This document shows positions 25,910 to 39,525 of a stretch of 64,000 nt of DNA, piece by piece (position 1 is the first letter of the stretch; every line of letters starts with the position of its first letter). The translations under genes and the position numbers were made by a program. The stretch spans positions 108,502,001 through 108,566,000 of the forward strand of contig NC_087437.1 of the NCBI RefSeq assembly GCF_036321535.1, given 5' to 3'. The notes beneath the pieces were generated by a model. That model ran no database searches and had not been told where the DNA came from. It was given only the letters and a program-made list of their open reading frames with translations. This DNA is from Camelus dromedarius. Lineage: Eukaryota.

Positions 25910-26292
25910 TTTTTGTCAGATTCTCTTTCTGCATCTATTAAAGTGATCACGGGGCTATTGTTCTTCATTCTGTTAATGTGCTGTATCACATTTATCAGTT
26001 TGCATATGTTGAGCCATCCTTGTATGCCAAGGTTAAATCCCACTTGTTCGTGGTGTATGATCGTCTACAGGTAATGCTAGTTTCATAAAATGGATATGGG
26101 AAGTATTCCCTTCTCTTCAATTTTCTGAAAGAGTCTGCTTAGAATTGGTGTTAATTCTTCTTTAAATATTTGGTAGAATTTACCAGTGAAGCCGTCTAGT
26201 CCTGAGCTTTTCTTTGCTGGGATGCATTTGATTACTGATTTTACCTCCTAACTAGTTGTAGATCTGTACAGAGTTTCTATTTCTTCTTGATT
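25910..26292 (-). mobile_element. L1 ORF2 fragment (reverse transcriptase region)
   Basis: Minus strand reads [34 protein letters not shown]...IDAERESDK, the L1 RT QVGFIPGMQGWFNI...DAEKAFDK region. Confidence 0.85.
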
Positions 26293-26297
26293 TTAAT

Positions 26298-26640
26298 AAT
26301 ATCAGTTAGCTTGTGCTGTACAACAAACTACCCTAAAACCTAGAGGTTTAGAAGAATGACTGTTGAGTTCATGACCCTAAGGGCAGTTCTTCTGGCCAAG
26401 CCAACTCAGCTGATTTTACCTGGCTCTCCCATGTCTCTGGGTCAGCTGGCAAGTTGGCTGGCAGCTAGGTGATCCAGGATGACCTCACTCACATGATGGT
26501 TGGAGGCTGTCTGCACAGTTCCTTGGTTTTCCTCCATGTGGCCTTGCATCCACCAGCAGGCTAGCTTCAGTTCATCCACACAGTGGCCTCAGGGCAGCAA
26601 GAGGGAAAACTGCCAGGGCATTTGAGCCTGAAGCTCACAT
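26298..26640 (-). mobile_element. MaLR LTR (old MLT1)
   Basis: 'tatcagttagcttgtgctgtacaacaaactaccctaaaacctag...cctccatgtggcc...cagcaggctagc'. Confidence 0.65.
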
Positions 26641-27066
26641 TATGGAAAATGACATGGCTATTTCTAAATTTTTCAGGAATCCAGAAATGTAACTGTTTAT
26701 GAAATGATTTAGGGCTCAAGAAAGGATTGAATCAACATGTGGACCCTGGAAACCATTGGAATGAAGTTAATGTAGAATCAAGGGCTGTCACCATCCCATG
26801 GAAACATTTTTACCCTAAATTTAATTTCTGTATCTCAGAATTTTGCAGAAATCTACTACCTAGAAAGTCTTTTCCAATCACCACCATCCACAAGCGCCTA
26901 AGAGAGTTCCTAGGACATATCTTATATGGGCTCAAAACAGATCTAATTGTCTCGGACATATTTGGCATTAATCGAATATTTCTTTTTCACCTGCCCCAGC
27001 TGCCTTCTGATTTAAGTAATAAGCTATCCTCTAATACGCTTGTCTTTTGTTCTGGGTACCTCCGTT

Positions 27067-27103
27067 TCTGCAATCAAATGCTCTACCCCTGAGCTATACC
27101 TCC
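27067..27103 (-). pseudogene. Tailless retrocopy of the 5' half of tRNA-Cys(GCA)
   Basis: Minus strand GGAGGTATAGCTCAGGGGTAGAGCATTTGATTGCAGA is 35/37 to the recalled mammalian tRNA-Cys 5' half; 19-bp direct repeats at 27052-27070 and 27103-27121. Confidence 0.85.
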
Positions 27104-28499
27104 TGGGTACCTCCATTTCTGATTAGCATTTCAGCTTCTGCCTGAAATCCCATCAGCTCTGCTGGAGATTATAACCGCTATCAGGAACAATCACAGTGCC
27201 AAATATACACAGTGTTCTGACACAGAGTGGGGGAGAACATATCTCTATTTCTTTGACATGCTCAAGTGGATACTAAAGGATTTATTCTTTACTTCTAAAT
27301 ATTAGACATTTTAGTGAAAATATTTGTGATAAAATGTGCTATGAAGAAGAAAAACTGATTTGTTTGTACTATTAAGAAGAAAAACTTGTTTTATTATTTT
27401 CTTTTGCTTTCTTTTGTTTTTGCTTTTAGCATTTTTTTCTTTGTTTTTGCTGACGTAGACTTACAAATGAATAAAATGTTCTCCTTCTCTCATCTTCACC
27501 TCAGAAAGAAGATCCCATTCTGGGAGAGAGTATACATCTTGTATATTTCAGATCCACAAAGATAGAATAAGTCAGGAAGAGAAATAAAAAGTAATGTTTT
27601 GAACTGAAGAGAGGGAATTAACCAATTTCTAGTGGTTTCTCTGTGTTAGAAGGAAGTCAGTGATGACTTTCCTCAAGGAATGGAAATTGTGTGCCCCCTC
27701 CCACACGTACTCAAGGAAAGCTGGTCCTCGAGAAAGGGCTAGATAAAGGCTAGAGGCCTGAACACTTAGAAGTCTTCCCACCCAGAGCACAGAGGCACCC
27801 ACTTTTTAATGGAACAGGTGGCCTTAAACATGAGCATCTCAGAAAAGACAATGATGGACTGAAGGATCTTCACCCTAATCCTCTAGATTGAGAAAGCCCT
27901 TTGGCTGCTGTAAAGACCCTTGGGCAGGATAAACAATCACCAAGACATGACCAAATGGGAAAATCCTACAAACCCAGATGGATAGAAACTGAGACTGCTT
28001 TATTTCACTTAGAAAAACAAATGTGGTGGTTTTCACACACAAGTAAAATGAATTACACAACTTCTTTAGTTTTTATTATCAAGCATCTCTTTTCTCTCCC
28101 TAAGAACCAGGCAGTTAGCACTGGGCCAGAGATGAATCTAAAACCAAACAGTAAGCCATATTCAGAGCAAACACTTCCCTCATATAACCACTGCTTTGTT
28201 ATCATGCCAAGCTTACATTCCTGGATCTCTGTCCCTGAGGATAAATTCTCTCCCAGAACATTCAACAGTGTCTACTGCAAATAGACCTTTGGTGCATCTG
28301 CCACATCAGTTAGCCAAATGTGTCCAGATAGTTTCAAATCCCAGAGGTGGGTACACATGGGACTCAAGCCCTCATGTTGGGGATCCAAGGAAATGTAAAG
28401 TTGAAAAAGTCAGATCCCCTGACATAAGAGTAAACAAATCATCTTTAGGAGCTACACTAGAGTCCACCAAATGCTAAAACAAGCCCAGAATCATAGTGG

Positions 28500-28910
28500 A
28501 TAAACACCCTCTTCTGTGGAGGGTGTTTATCCCCTACACACTACTTGCTCACATCACACACGAATGGGGTCAGTGGGGGTTTCTGCTCCATACAGTCATT
28601 CAGGGATGCAGTCTTCTATCATCTTGTAGTAGCACCATCCTCCAAGGCTTCATAATTCTCTGCATTAAGCCAGTGATAGGGTGAAAGCCAACGATGGGAC
28701 AAGAGCTTGGAAGACTACATGTGAGAAGATTCCATGGGCCAAGCCTTTAAGTTGTATGTAAGTTGTATGTAGCATTTACCTCCAAATTCCACTACTACAA
28801 ATTCTAGCACATGCCCCTGCATAACTGTTTTGCTCACTGCAAAGAAAGCTGAGAAATGCATGCCCAGGAATTAGTGGAAATTAATTTTGAGAGACATCTA
28901 GCCAGTCTCG
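28500..28910 (-). mobile_element. Old MaLR LTR (MLT1J/K-like)
   Basis: 'tctgctccatacagtcattcagggatgcag...actgcaaagaaagctgagaaatg'. Confidence 0.55.
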
Positions 28911-29899
28911 AGTCTAAACCACATGAATCATAGTTGCTTTTCCCTGCTTATGTTTCTCCATTCCCCTGGATCAGATGAGCTGATGACTGAGGAAATTGCA
29001 AAAGAAGTGTTAAATTATGACTATATTCCAACAGCCTAAACAAATTCTAAAAATCTTAATTTTTGTGTGTGAAAGTTAAATTCTAGAAATATTTAAGTGG
29101 ACCAACTCCTTATTTTAATAACTATTTTATAGTGACTCTCTAATTTATTCTGGTGGATACGATGACCAGACAATGTAAAATGCTAAAAATCTGATTTTCA
29201 GTTCCTCAAAAAGGTACAAATACTGCCTTGCTCCATAATTTTACTAACATGATGAGAGACTGGCGTTTTAATTCAAAAGCTTCTCCAGATTGAGGTCACT
29301 GCTATGGCCCTGGAGATTTGGCTTCAGGAAGCCAAACCACAAATCTGAAGGCTGCTTGGTGAGATGGACTTGAAAGCACATAGCCTTGGGGTGGGAGTGT
29401 CCTCCATCACTGAGGCTACTGATTCCCATCCTTTTGTGGAAGCCTGAGAAGTGAGTCTATGAGGCCAGACAGGTACTCTGCTCCCCCCTGGGGAGTGCTA
29501 GAGACAGGGCACACTTTCCTGCCAGGCTCCTTTTCCAATATTCCATGCTGGAAGCCCTTGTTACAGACAACATGCACCCAAAAGGCTACACCGGAAAAAT
29601 TAGTTTAGGGAAGGTCTCACATAAAACTTCTTTTTATTAATATTCTGTGAATTCAGTTTCAATCAGCCTCCAATTTCTAATGAATTCCTTATTGCCTAAA
29701 TATATTTGAATTCTTTCCATTTATCTCACTGTCTATTTTTGTCCAATACCCTGTTCAGTCAGAGGCTGCCTTACATGAGGGAAAAATAATCAAAAAAGTT
29801 TCAGAGACAGTTAAAAATGTTTAGGGATTTAGAAACATTGACACCAATTTTAAAAGAAAATTTTATGATATAGTCTCCTGAATTTCTACATAAAATCAC

Positions 29900-30046
29900 C
29901 GGACTGCCTTTTTTTTTTTCTTTTTTTTACAACGCACATCGCTGGGCCCCACTATAGACCTACAAATTCAGACTTCATAGAGTCAGGAGAGAGAATTTTT
30001 AAACCAATTTCCAAGGTGATTCCAATTCACATTAAAGCTGAGAATA
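29900..30046. mobile_element. MER5-type fragment
   Basis: 'gctgggccccactatagacctac...ccaaggtgattcc...aaagctgagaa'. Confidence 0.55.
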
Positions 30047-30477
30047 AAGGATAACTAAACTAAAGGATAATTGGGTCTTGATAAAAATACATTTATCTTT
30101 TCTCAAGAAAAAAACATTCAATATATATTTATGGAGTTTTGCTGGCTGTCTATATCACTATAATATGGGTACTATAAGGATGATTGTGAGGAAAAAGTTA
30201 AGTGCTCCCTACCCCATGCCTACCCCTCACCCCAGACAGATGTCCAGATAGATGGCCCATGGACAATGAGCAGGGTGATCCATCCAACCCCTTCCTGAAG
30301 GACACCAGGCCCTATCTCCTCTTTCTTCATAGAAGACTAGAGAGAGGGAGAGAAGACAAGAGGAGGCTATTGCCTCTTTCTTAACCCCTCCCTGGGTTGT
30401 GGAGATGAGGGAGAAAAGAGAACACTGAACTTGTCCTTCCTCCCCCAAAGACTTTATCCAGGGGACTCTCTCTTAAG

Positions 30478-31145
30478 GTTTCAGTTATCTGTGATTGTAT
30501 CACAAACTCAGTGGCTTAAAATAACAATATGTTATTTCCATGGTTCTAACAGTTGGATCGGTTCAGCTCAATAGCCTTACTTGGTACTTCTCAGGCAGTA
30601 TCATTCAGGTAGCAGCTGGGTCTGGTGATCTCTGAAGGTTCACAGGCCAGGTGTGTGAAATAACTCACTCATATGGCTAGGAATTGATACGAAGTGTCAG
30701 CTTTAGGCTCAATGGGACTGTGCTGGGATGAAATAGATAGCTCTATGGAATCAAAACACTCCACATTTCACATCCTTTTTGCCAGGGAACGTCCTATAAC
30801 ACAATAATTAGGTCTGACTTTGAGGCACCTGCATATGGCCTGTCCATATGACTTGGGCTTCTCACAGTATTGCTTAGGGTGTGGGAGATCTGAGAAGGAC
30901 TGGTTGTCCAAGAGCAAGTATTCCGGGCAGAAGCTGCAAGATTTCTCATGAACTAGCACCCCTTCTAATTCATTCTACTGGTCAAGCAAGTCACTTAGGC
31001 CAGCCAAGATCCAAGAACATGGGAAATAGTCTTCTTTTCATGACGTGGGGGAGCGGTGAGATCGCACTGAAGAGGAACATGATAGGTGAGAGATGCCGTC
31101 TGTACCATCTGATAGCAGCCATCTGTAGAAAATGCAATCCTCCAT
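30478..31145 (-). mobile_element. MaLR LTR (MLT1F/G/H-like)
   Basis: 'aaactcagtggcttaaaataacaa...tggtcaagcaagtcacttaggccagcc...cagccatc'. Confidence 0.7.
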
Positions 31146-31694
31146 AGAAGGTGGCTCTGAAATATGGTATAGAGCTTGCTTCTATTTTTCCACCAAGTAG
31201 ACTTGCAAGGGAATGGAGACGGTAGCATGATTCTGGGGATGGGCTAAGGCAGACCCAAAAGGTGGTAAAGAACATAGCATTGGGGAAATTCCAAGAGGTC
31301 AACAACCCCAGTTCCCTGTGGTTCACTGTGCCTTGGCATTACAAAAGAAGAAACAAAGGCTGAGGGTATTCATTACCTTTCAAAATTCCCCAGGGATGAA
31401 GATCAGGGGGTGAGGGGGTGCAGAATCCCACACTGCACAGCTCCTACATGGAGTCAATAGACACCACAACTATATGCACACATACCCCATGCTGATGGCA
31501 AACACCAACACAAAAGACTCTCCATCAGTCCTTTCCCCTCAGGCAGGGGAGGCCCTGGGCATTGCCCAGAATGCACATAGGCATGCAGGGCAAGAATAAA
31601 GGGAGCAACTGAAAGAGAAAGATGGGTCCTCCCTTCTCCTCTACTAAGCTCCTTGAAGCGGGGCAGAAGATAGTTACAGAAGACAGTGATTCTT

Positions 31695-31769
31695 TGTTTT
31701 TTATTATTGAAGTATAGTCAGTTTACAGTACTGTGTTAATTTCTGGTGTATAGCATAGTGACTCAGTTT

Positions 31770-31815
<46 letters not shown>

Positions 31816-32481
31816 TATATATATTTCCATATTCTTTTTCATTGTAGGCTATTACAAGATATTGAATATAGTTTCCTTTGCTGTACAGCAGGACCTTGCT
31901 GTTTATCTATTTTATATATAGTAGTTAGTATCTGCAAATCCCAAACTCCCAATTTATCTTTCCACCTGCCTTTTCCCTCCAGTAACCACAAGTTTGTTTT
32001 TTATGACTTTGAGTCTGTTTCTGTTTTGTAAATAACTTCACTTGTCTCATTTTTTTAGATTCCACATATAAGTGATATATGGTATTTTTCTTTTTCTTTC
32101 TGGCTTACTTCACTTAGAATGACAATCTCCAGGTCCATCCATGTTGCTGCAAATGGCATTATTTTATTCCTTTTTATAGCTGAATAGTATTATACACACA
32201 CACACAGGTACACAGACACGTACACGCACGTACCGTATCTTTTTTATCCAATCATCTGTTGATGGGCATTTAGGTTGCTTCTTGACTATTGTAAACAGTG
32301 CTATTATGAACATTGAGGTGCATGTATCTTTTTGAATTAGAGTTCCCTACAGATATATGCCCAAGATTGGGATTGCTGGATCATATGGTAAATCTATTTT
32401 CAATTTTTTAAGGAATCTCCATACTGTTTTCCATAAGGGCTGAACCAAACTATATTCCCACCAACAGTGTAGGATGTTTCC
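31695..32481 (-). mobile_element. 5'-truncated lineage-specific L1 with 18-bp TSD
   Basis: L1 3' UTR in reverse; TSD cagaagac(a/g)gtgattctt at 31677-31694 and 32482-32499; internal (TA)n(CA)n microsatellite. Confidence 0.92.
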
Positions 32482-32944
32482 CAGAAGACGGTGATTCTTG
32501 AATATAAATGAATACGTGCTTCCATGAGACTCAGAGCTTAATAATCATTTTAGAATGCAAATCACTAATCAACAATGAATTTATCAGCATGGGCTGAGAT
32601 ATCTTAACAGTGTTTTATATTTTCTCTTCTTCTCTGGACCTCGTCCCCACCTACCCCTTAAAGGCAAGGGGAAAGGGTTATGAACTTGAACAATTATGAC
32701 AATAGCTTAAAAATAATCCACTCCATGTTTGGGCACTATAAAAATGCTCAAGAGAATTTTCTGCATGTAAACACTTTTTTGAAATGAAGAATTTGAGTTA
32801 CTCTCCTATAAGAAGGTCCTAAAAGTTAGACCTAATTGTTGTGTTAGAGGAGATTCCATGGCAAAAAAAAGATGTGAAATGTGGAGTGCTTTGGTTCCAT
32901 AGAGATATCTATTTCATCCCAGGAATAAACCTATGTTGTTATTT

Positions 32945-33075
32945 ATAAATGTCTGCCCCTGCCATTAGTCTGTAAGCTCCCTCAGGGCAGGGCCACACTG
33001 ATTGTATTTCCAGCATCCAGCATGGTACCTTAAATAGGAAGGTATTCAATATTTGTTGAGTGAATGACTGAATTG
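32945..33075 (+). mobile_element. L2 3' end
   Basis: 'cattagtctgtaagctccctcagggcaggg...atatttgttgagtgaatgactgaa'. Confidence 0.75.
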
Positions 33076-33589
33076 AGCTAATGAGCCAAAGAGACACAGA
33101 ACTCTAGAGGTAGAAGAGACTTCGAAGACCATTTAATTCAACCTTGATCTTTCAAATTACGATTCTGATGTCCACAGAGCTTGAAGAACCTGTTCACCAT
33201 AATGGTGTATGTTGGTGGCAAGGCAAGGACTAGAAGACATGTCTCTTGTCTCCGAATCCAGAGATTTCCCAAGCAACTACATTTCCTTCTCCACACTGAG
33301 GTGAACCAGGAGAACTGGGTACTAATCAGATGGGTTCAATCTGGTTGTATCTTCAAGCTTCAAATATCAACAATATTTCTTTGATTTTTCCCCTCTCACC
33401 TCAAAGTCATATAATTTAACTAATTAAAGGAAAAGATTCATAAGTAGAGCATAATTTCCACAAAAGTTAAACCCAGCTAGCAGAAGGGAATGAAGGCAGA
33501 AAAGGGTTCTGGGCTGACCTGATTTGGCAATAAGTATATAGTGTAACCAAAGCATCAAATCATATCACCTCACTGAAAAAGTACCTAAA

Positions 33590-34890
33590 TTCATGCATTC
33601 ATTTAACAATATTTATTGGGCATCTATTATGTGACAAATGCTGTTTTAAGCAATGAAGATTAGTGGCAAATAAGACAAGGTCCTTTCTTCAAGTACATTA
33701 TGCTCCAGTTAGGGAATTACTGAGAGTACTGAGTGACCTGGAGTACAGAAACATGATGCTTGGATATGGGATAACAGCTGGGGGACAATTTCCTTTGGAG
33801 TGGATGGTCAAGAAAATCTCTCTGAGGAGGTGCTATTTCATCTGGGCTCTAAACAACCAGAAGGATCTTGCCATGCTAAGCACTAAGGAAGTATTATTCC
33901 AGGCAAAGGAACAGCAAATACAAAGACTTAGAGGCAGTATGATTTTGAGAGAAGTAAAGAGGGAAATCGAGGCAGAGGAAACAGCTGGAGAAAAAGAAAT
34001 ACAATAATGATAATAATATATGTTTTAAGTATGAAAATACATGGCATGTTTGGAAGCAAGCAATTTTGACATGGCTGAAATAGGCTATGGGTGAGAATGA
34101 GACTAAAAAACAAGGCTGGGAAGCAAACACTTGAAAGTCTAGACTTTATTCTTCAGGTAATGGGGAATAAAGGGATGGAATGAATGAATGCAGAGACTGG
34201 ATGGAAGTATAAAGAGACTAGAGGCAAGGAGTCCAGATAACAGATTTTAATCACCATGGTCCAGTTCATATTGGGAGGCAGAATTAACAGAGTAGCATTG
34301 GTCTTGGAAAAGAGGAGAGAGAATTAAGGGATATCTTGGGGATGGAATTGTCATATGTGTAGGGACCAATTACATTTAAGAGTTGACAAGAGTGAGGAGT
34401 CAGAAAACTTAATGGTTTCCAAACTGGACAATAGTGGAAGGGGAACAAGCGGCTAATATATGCAGTAGCAATTCTGTGAGATGAGTTCAGTTTAGGTCAT
34501 ACCTGGAGGGTCAGACATCTGTGGAATAGCCAAAGAGAGCTGGCTGGCTGGCTACTGAGAGATGAGGTCTGTTTTTGAGAAGGAAGGGGTGAAGATGCAG
34601 GTATGGAATTTGTAGGCATATAAATGAGAGTTAAATCCATGGGAGTGGGTGAGGAAACTCAGAAGAGGAAGGGACTAAAGAAACAGAAGGTTGAGAAGAA
34701 GAGGGCAGGGAAAATGAGTAGAAGAGAACCTTAGGAAATGATTTCATTTAAGGTGTGACAGAGCAAAAAGAGCCAGTGAAGGGTTCTAAAGAGTGATGTA
34801 GAGTGATAGGAGGGAAATCAGAAGAGAGTATTATGTCAGAATTAATTGGATGAGAAAAGAAGAGAATCAAAAATGTCAAAAATACTGTCA
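33590..34890 (-). mobile_element. Long degenerate L2
   Basis: 'ttcatgcattcatttaacaatatttattgggcatctattatgtg' followed by purine-rich L2 body motifs such as 'gatgagttcagtttaggtcat'. Confidence 0.75.
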
Positions 34891-36073
34891 AGAGGAGAGT
34901 AGACCATAATTGGAGTTATTATAGTTATTTCTGTGGATTGAATAAATTCTATTCAGGAGGATAGTTAGAGCTACATTGCTGTTCTGAAAATAAATCTAAG
35001 TTGGGCCAAAGTGCATAGTTTCTTTCTCCAGTGAAAACTTTGCCCGCTGTCAAATACGATCACTTTTTAAATTAAGTAAGGACCAACTTCACAGTTAGAG
35101 GTATTCCTTTGCCTCCCCCTTTCCCTGATTTCATGCAAATTATGAATATAGAATGTAGTAATTTAATAAGTCACTGTAATTTTGAACTTAGCTATAGCAG
35201 GCATCTACCAGAAGAATGATTTAGAAGAAAAGCTATAAATATTCTGCTTATGTTGACTCGAATTCATAAGGCTTTTAGGGATATAAATGAAAGAGTAGTT
35301 TAGTAAAAATAGGGTACTTAGAACAATATGGAACATCACATGCACGTTTTATGTATACAATTGATACAAAGCAGTGTTATTTAACTTCTAGACATTGTCA
35401 CTTGAAGGATCATCATCTATGAATTTTTAATTGCACATTTCAGCCTGAGCTCAATCAAAATTAATACCTATCAAGACAATAGATTTCATTTTTGTCTGTA
35501 GAATATACTTACCAAATTGATGTACTATCTTGCATAGAGCATTACCATGAAGATCAACCATGCCCTTTCAAACACATCATTTTCCTTGGACTCTCTCGTA
35601 ACGTCAATCACCTCAGAGGCTCTCTGCTAATGTCATTACAGAGGGATAGAAAATGAGGTCTGCCATGTTATTAACATGCTGTTATTTTGTGAAAGAGACA
35701 AATAGAACAGAAACTTAAAGACAAGAGGTAGGAGGGAATGGGAAGAAAAACATCAAAATGTGAAAATCAAGTAAGACAACTTGTTCAGATTCCAACACTC
35801 TACAACATACCACATTATACCTGTCTCATAAATTTTCCTTCAGCTTGGGGTAGAAAATTAAATTACCATGTTTCAGTGATTTAAGATCTTTGATTTTGAT
35901 TTGAGTAACTGTGTTTATGCAGTTGCTTCACATTTTTTCCCAATAAGGTAAAGCTTCTTATTATTTTAAGAATTATTCACAGCACATTTTTGATCCTCTA
36001 CAAACTTAAAATGCAAATAAAGTTTATTGATTTTATAAAAACATTAAAATGAATGTTAGGTAATTGACATAGA

Positions 36074-36570
36074 TACTGTTGATTACCCACCCAACAACTC
36101 TTTCTACTTTCCTATCAGAACCATGGTTTTATTCAGCATTCACCCTAACCTCTTCCCTGGAGAAATCCTAATTATCCTTGGCTAATGATGTGCCTATCAA
36201 TGCCCAGGAAGGTGATATTGGTCCCAGGATGAGCCTATGACTGAAATTGATCCAATCAAACTGGAAAAGAAGATTTACACTCTCCATCTTTCCTCTGATA
36301 GACACAAACAAGGAACATAAAGTCTCAGTTGTCACAGAGGGCCATCTTGCTTCCCTGAGGAGAACCATTCTTAGAATCAAGAAAGGCAGAGCAGAATTAC
36401 AGGGAAAAAGAAAAAAAAACCTGAACTTTCAATGCCTCCATTGAGTTTATTATACCTGGAGCCCACTTAGCCTTTGAATTACTGAAAATGGAAGAAAATA
36501 AATGCCCTTTTTGTCTGTGTATTTGAGTGGAGATTTTCTGCTATATACAGCGAAAAACATCTCAAGTAAT
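36074..36570 (+). mobile_element. Old ERVL/MaLR LTR
   Basis: 'aaaataaatgcccttttt...ttttctgctatatacagcgaaaaacatc' LTR-type 3' end. Confidence 0.45.
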
Positions 36571-36829
36571 TTAGTAATTTACCTAAACTCTTAAAAATAG
36601 CATTTCATATTCACTTTAGTCTTTCCTCACAATTTTAGGTGGCATATTTCTAATATGGTTGAGGGCACAGAGGCACACTAAGGTCAAATTATGTACCAAA
36701 TGCAATCTACCCAAGTTAAAATAAGAACTTCCAGGGCCTAACATACCAACAAAACATATTTTGTAGGATATGCCAATTCCTTATGGCACCAACTACATAT
36801 TTTTAGTCTTTCAATCAATGAGATTTAAC

Positions 36830-37440
36830 GTTCACAAACATCCCAAATTCCTCTGTTTTGTCACTTTCCTCTAATATCACCTTAATCCAAGTCATCATAG
36901 TCATCCCTCACCTGAATCCTTACAATTATCTTCCAGCTGCTTCTATTGCTGCTCTCTCTAAAACTTGTACTTCCCACAGCAGCCAGAGTGAGTTTCCTAA
37001 AACATAAACCAAATCATATCACTTATTCAACATCTTCCAATGTCTTTCACCACACTCAGAATAAAATCCAGTCACCTTAGCCTGGTCCACAAAGCCCTAT
37101 GTGATCTGTCCCCTCCACACTCCTTGGACCCAGATCCAATGACTCTCTTCCTTGCTCACTAGACTCTAGCTACACTGGACTTCTTTTTTGCACCTCAAAC
37201 ACACCACCCTTAATGTCCAAATTAAGGGTCTATGCCCTAGATATTCAGCCCTCTTAGGAAGTTTAACTCCTTAATCTTTTCATGACTAGTATCTTTTTAA
37301 ATTCAGATCTTGTTTTAAATGAAGCATCCTCAAGGGGCCTCCCTCAATCACGCAAGCTAAAATAGTCCCTCAACCAACTGTTTATCACTTTTGCATAACC
37401 TTCCTTACCATTAGACAATTCTCTTGTTTGTTTATTGCTC
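36830..37440 (+). mobile_element. L2 fragment
   Basis: 'cacagcagccagagtgagtttcctaaaacataa...cacactcagaataaaatcca...aaagccctatgtgatctg'. Confidence 0.8.
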
Positions 37441-39329
37441 CATTTGTCCAAAGAAATCAATAAGTGAAAGCAATCCTGCTTCAGTAGATATCTGAGGCCC
37501 TTGGTAAATGCACTTCTTTATGTTTAGTTCAGGCATATGATAATGAGTTTGGAATTTCCAAATGTCATTGAACTCAGTCTAATGCATGTACTATTAGTAG
37601 AGTAAGATATCAATGAAAAATTGTATAAATCCAATGATCATTAGAAAATATGTTTAGTTCCATGATTAGCAAAAAAAAAAAAAAAATCCAAATGAGTTTG
37701 TCCCTTGGTGTCATCAGCTTTAGGTCAGAAAAGACCAGTAAGATAGGACAGGTCCAGACATTGACCTATATTGAAACTGTGTTCACTGATTGGAATTGTT
37801 GTTGACCAATGAATGGTATTTGAAAATTAATAACAAAATGATGTCGTAAGTATGGAGTGAGCAGAAGGTAGAGCAACTGTGAAGAGAAAGATCAGATGAA
37901 ACTCCAGAAAACATGTGGTTTTATGTTATAGAAGATTGCAGTGATCTCACTGTCTTGCTCTAAGGCAATCAGAACAGGTCCTTATAATGCAAGAGGACTG
38001 AGTTAGCTATGTATCACAATCAATATCCTTATAAGCCATTAATTTAATCATTTTAAAAGCAGCCAAATATTTTGTGCAAGTAGGGATCATTTCTGCCTTC
38101 AGACATCTGAAAAGAGGTGTGTCCACTAACCGCCTCCATGGTTATCTCCAGCAGTTTCTTTCTCTGCTTAGTTACTCACTTTGGAAGGGATGAAGACTTA
38201 ATATTAGCCTCAGACAAATGAGGATCTTTTTAATTATGGAATATGCACAAAAGTTAGAGATCAATGAAGCTGTTTTTTTCACCCCAGGTCAAGGAAAGCA
38301 TAGGAATTGTTTCTGAGAAGATATTCTCTCAAGGAGAACTTATCAGGACCAACTTCCATCTATTTAGAAAGAAAAAAGTATTATTGACTTTTAACATACT
38401 TTTCTTAACTTTCCATTTTCCTGGAATCCCAGGGCTGCCCAAACCAAAACCTTTGTACAGGTTCAGAATTATTGGAACAAGTAAACAAAATCTGCTTGCA
38501 ATTCATAATTTTAGTATAAAGGGCCCAATTTTGGAAAAGTGGTTCTAAACATTAGATTAATAGGTTAGATGTTCTTTGCAACAGGATTATTGTAGGTTTC
38601 TGAAAACACAAGTTTGGCAGCCTAGAATTCCTGATGCCAAGGATATGAAATGCTGAATATAAAAGCCAATTTCCAACTGCTTACTTCATTATCTGCTTGG
38701 CTCATGTACATAGAAGATATGAACTTGCTGAAAACATTGTCTTTTACTCTCATCACTCAACTCATGCTGCTTGAATACCCATCTTTAGAGTTTGTTGAAT
38801 TCACCTGGAAGCTAATTCACTTTGAATTCAAATATATGCCAAAGAATTTCAATCAGCAGACATACTACAGAAAAATTACAGGTGTTCCTAAGGCACATTG
38901 TGGGCTTAATATGTCTTAGAAATATCTCTTTTTTTTTTCTATTGAATTATTGTGTCAAAATGTCCTACATTAGGAAATACCCAGGTTCCTTGCCTTCCTC
39001 TATTTGTCTTCTCTATTTTTCACCAATTTCAGTGAGTACAATAAACTTTTCATTTGGAATCTGTTTTTGACAAACCAGCACAGGGAGAAAAATGAACGAA
39101 TAAAAACTATTTGGCTAGATGCAATTGCTTGTAACCATGATAGTGCCTAAATGCACAAAAATGTGCTATAAATAAGAGAAAAGTGAATCTGACCCTAAGT
39201 TTTTTTTTTTTAATAATCCATTTGGATTCACTGAAGAGGGTAGGGAACATGTTTTCTTTTCCAAATCCATCTCAACTGAATTAAAAATTCTTCAAGGACA
39301 GGCAGCAGCTCAGACCAGTGGATAGAACA

Positions 39330-39525
39330 GTGGAGATTTGAAAAAAAGATCAGAATAGTAGCCCAGGTATTTAAACCACCTTGTGACCTCTGCCAGGACT
39401 TCTTCTCTCTAGGCCTGAAGTTCCCATCTGAAAGATAAGGAGAATATTTGCTAGACGAGGTTGTGATGTGAATTGAAAATCTAAGCATCTGATCCATAGT
39501 AAGTTTTCAACAAGTATTAGCTCCC
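39330..39525 (+). mobile_element. MIR fragment
   Basis: 'ttgtgacctctgccagg...ctaggcctgaagttcccatctgaaagataagg'. Confidence 0.6.
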
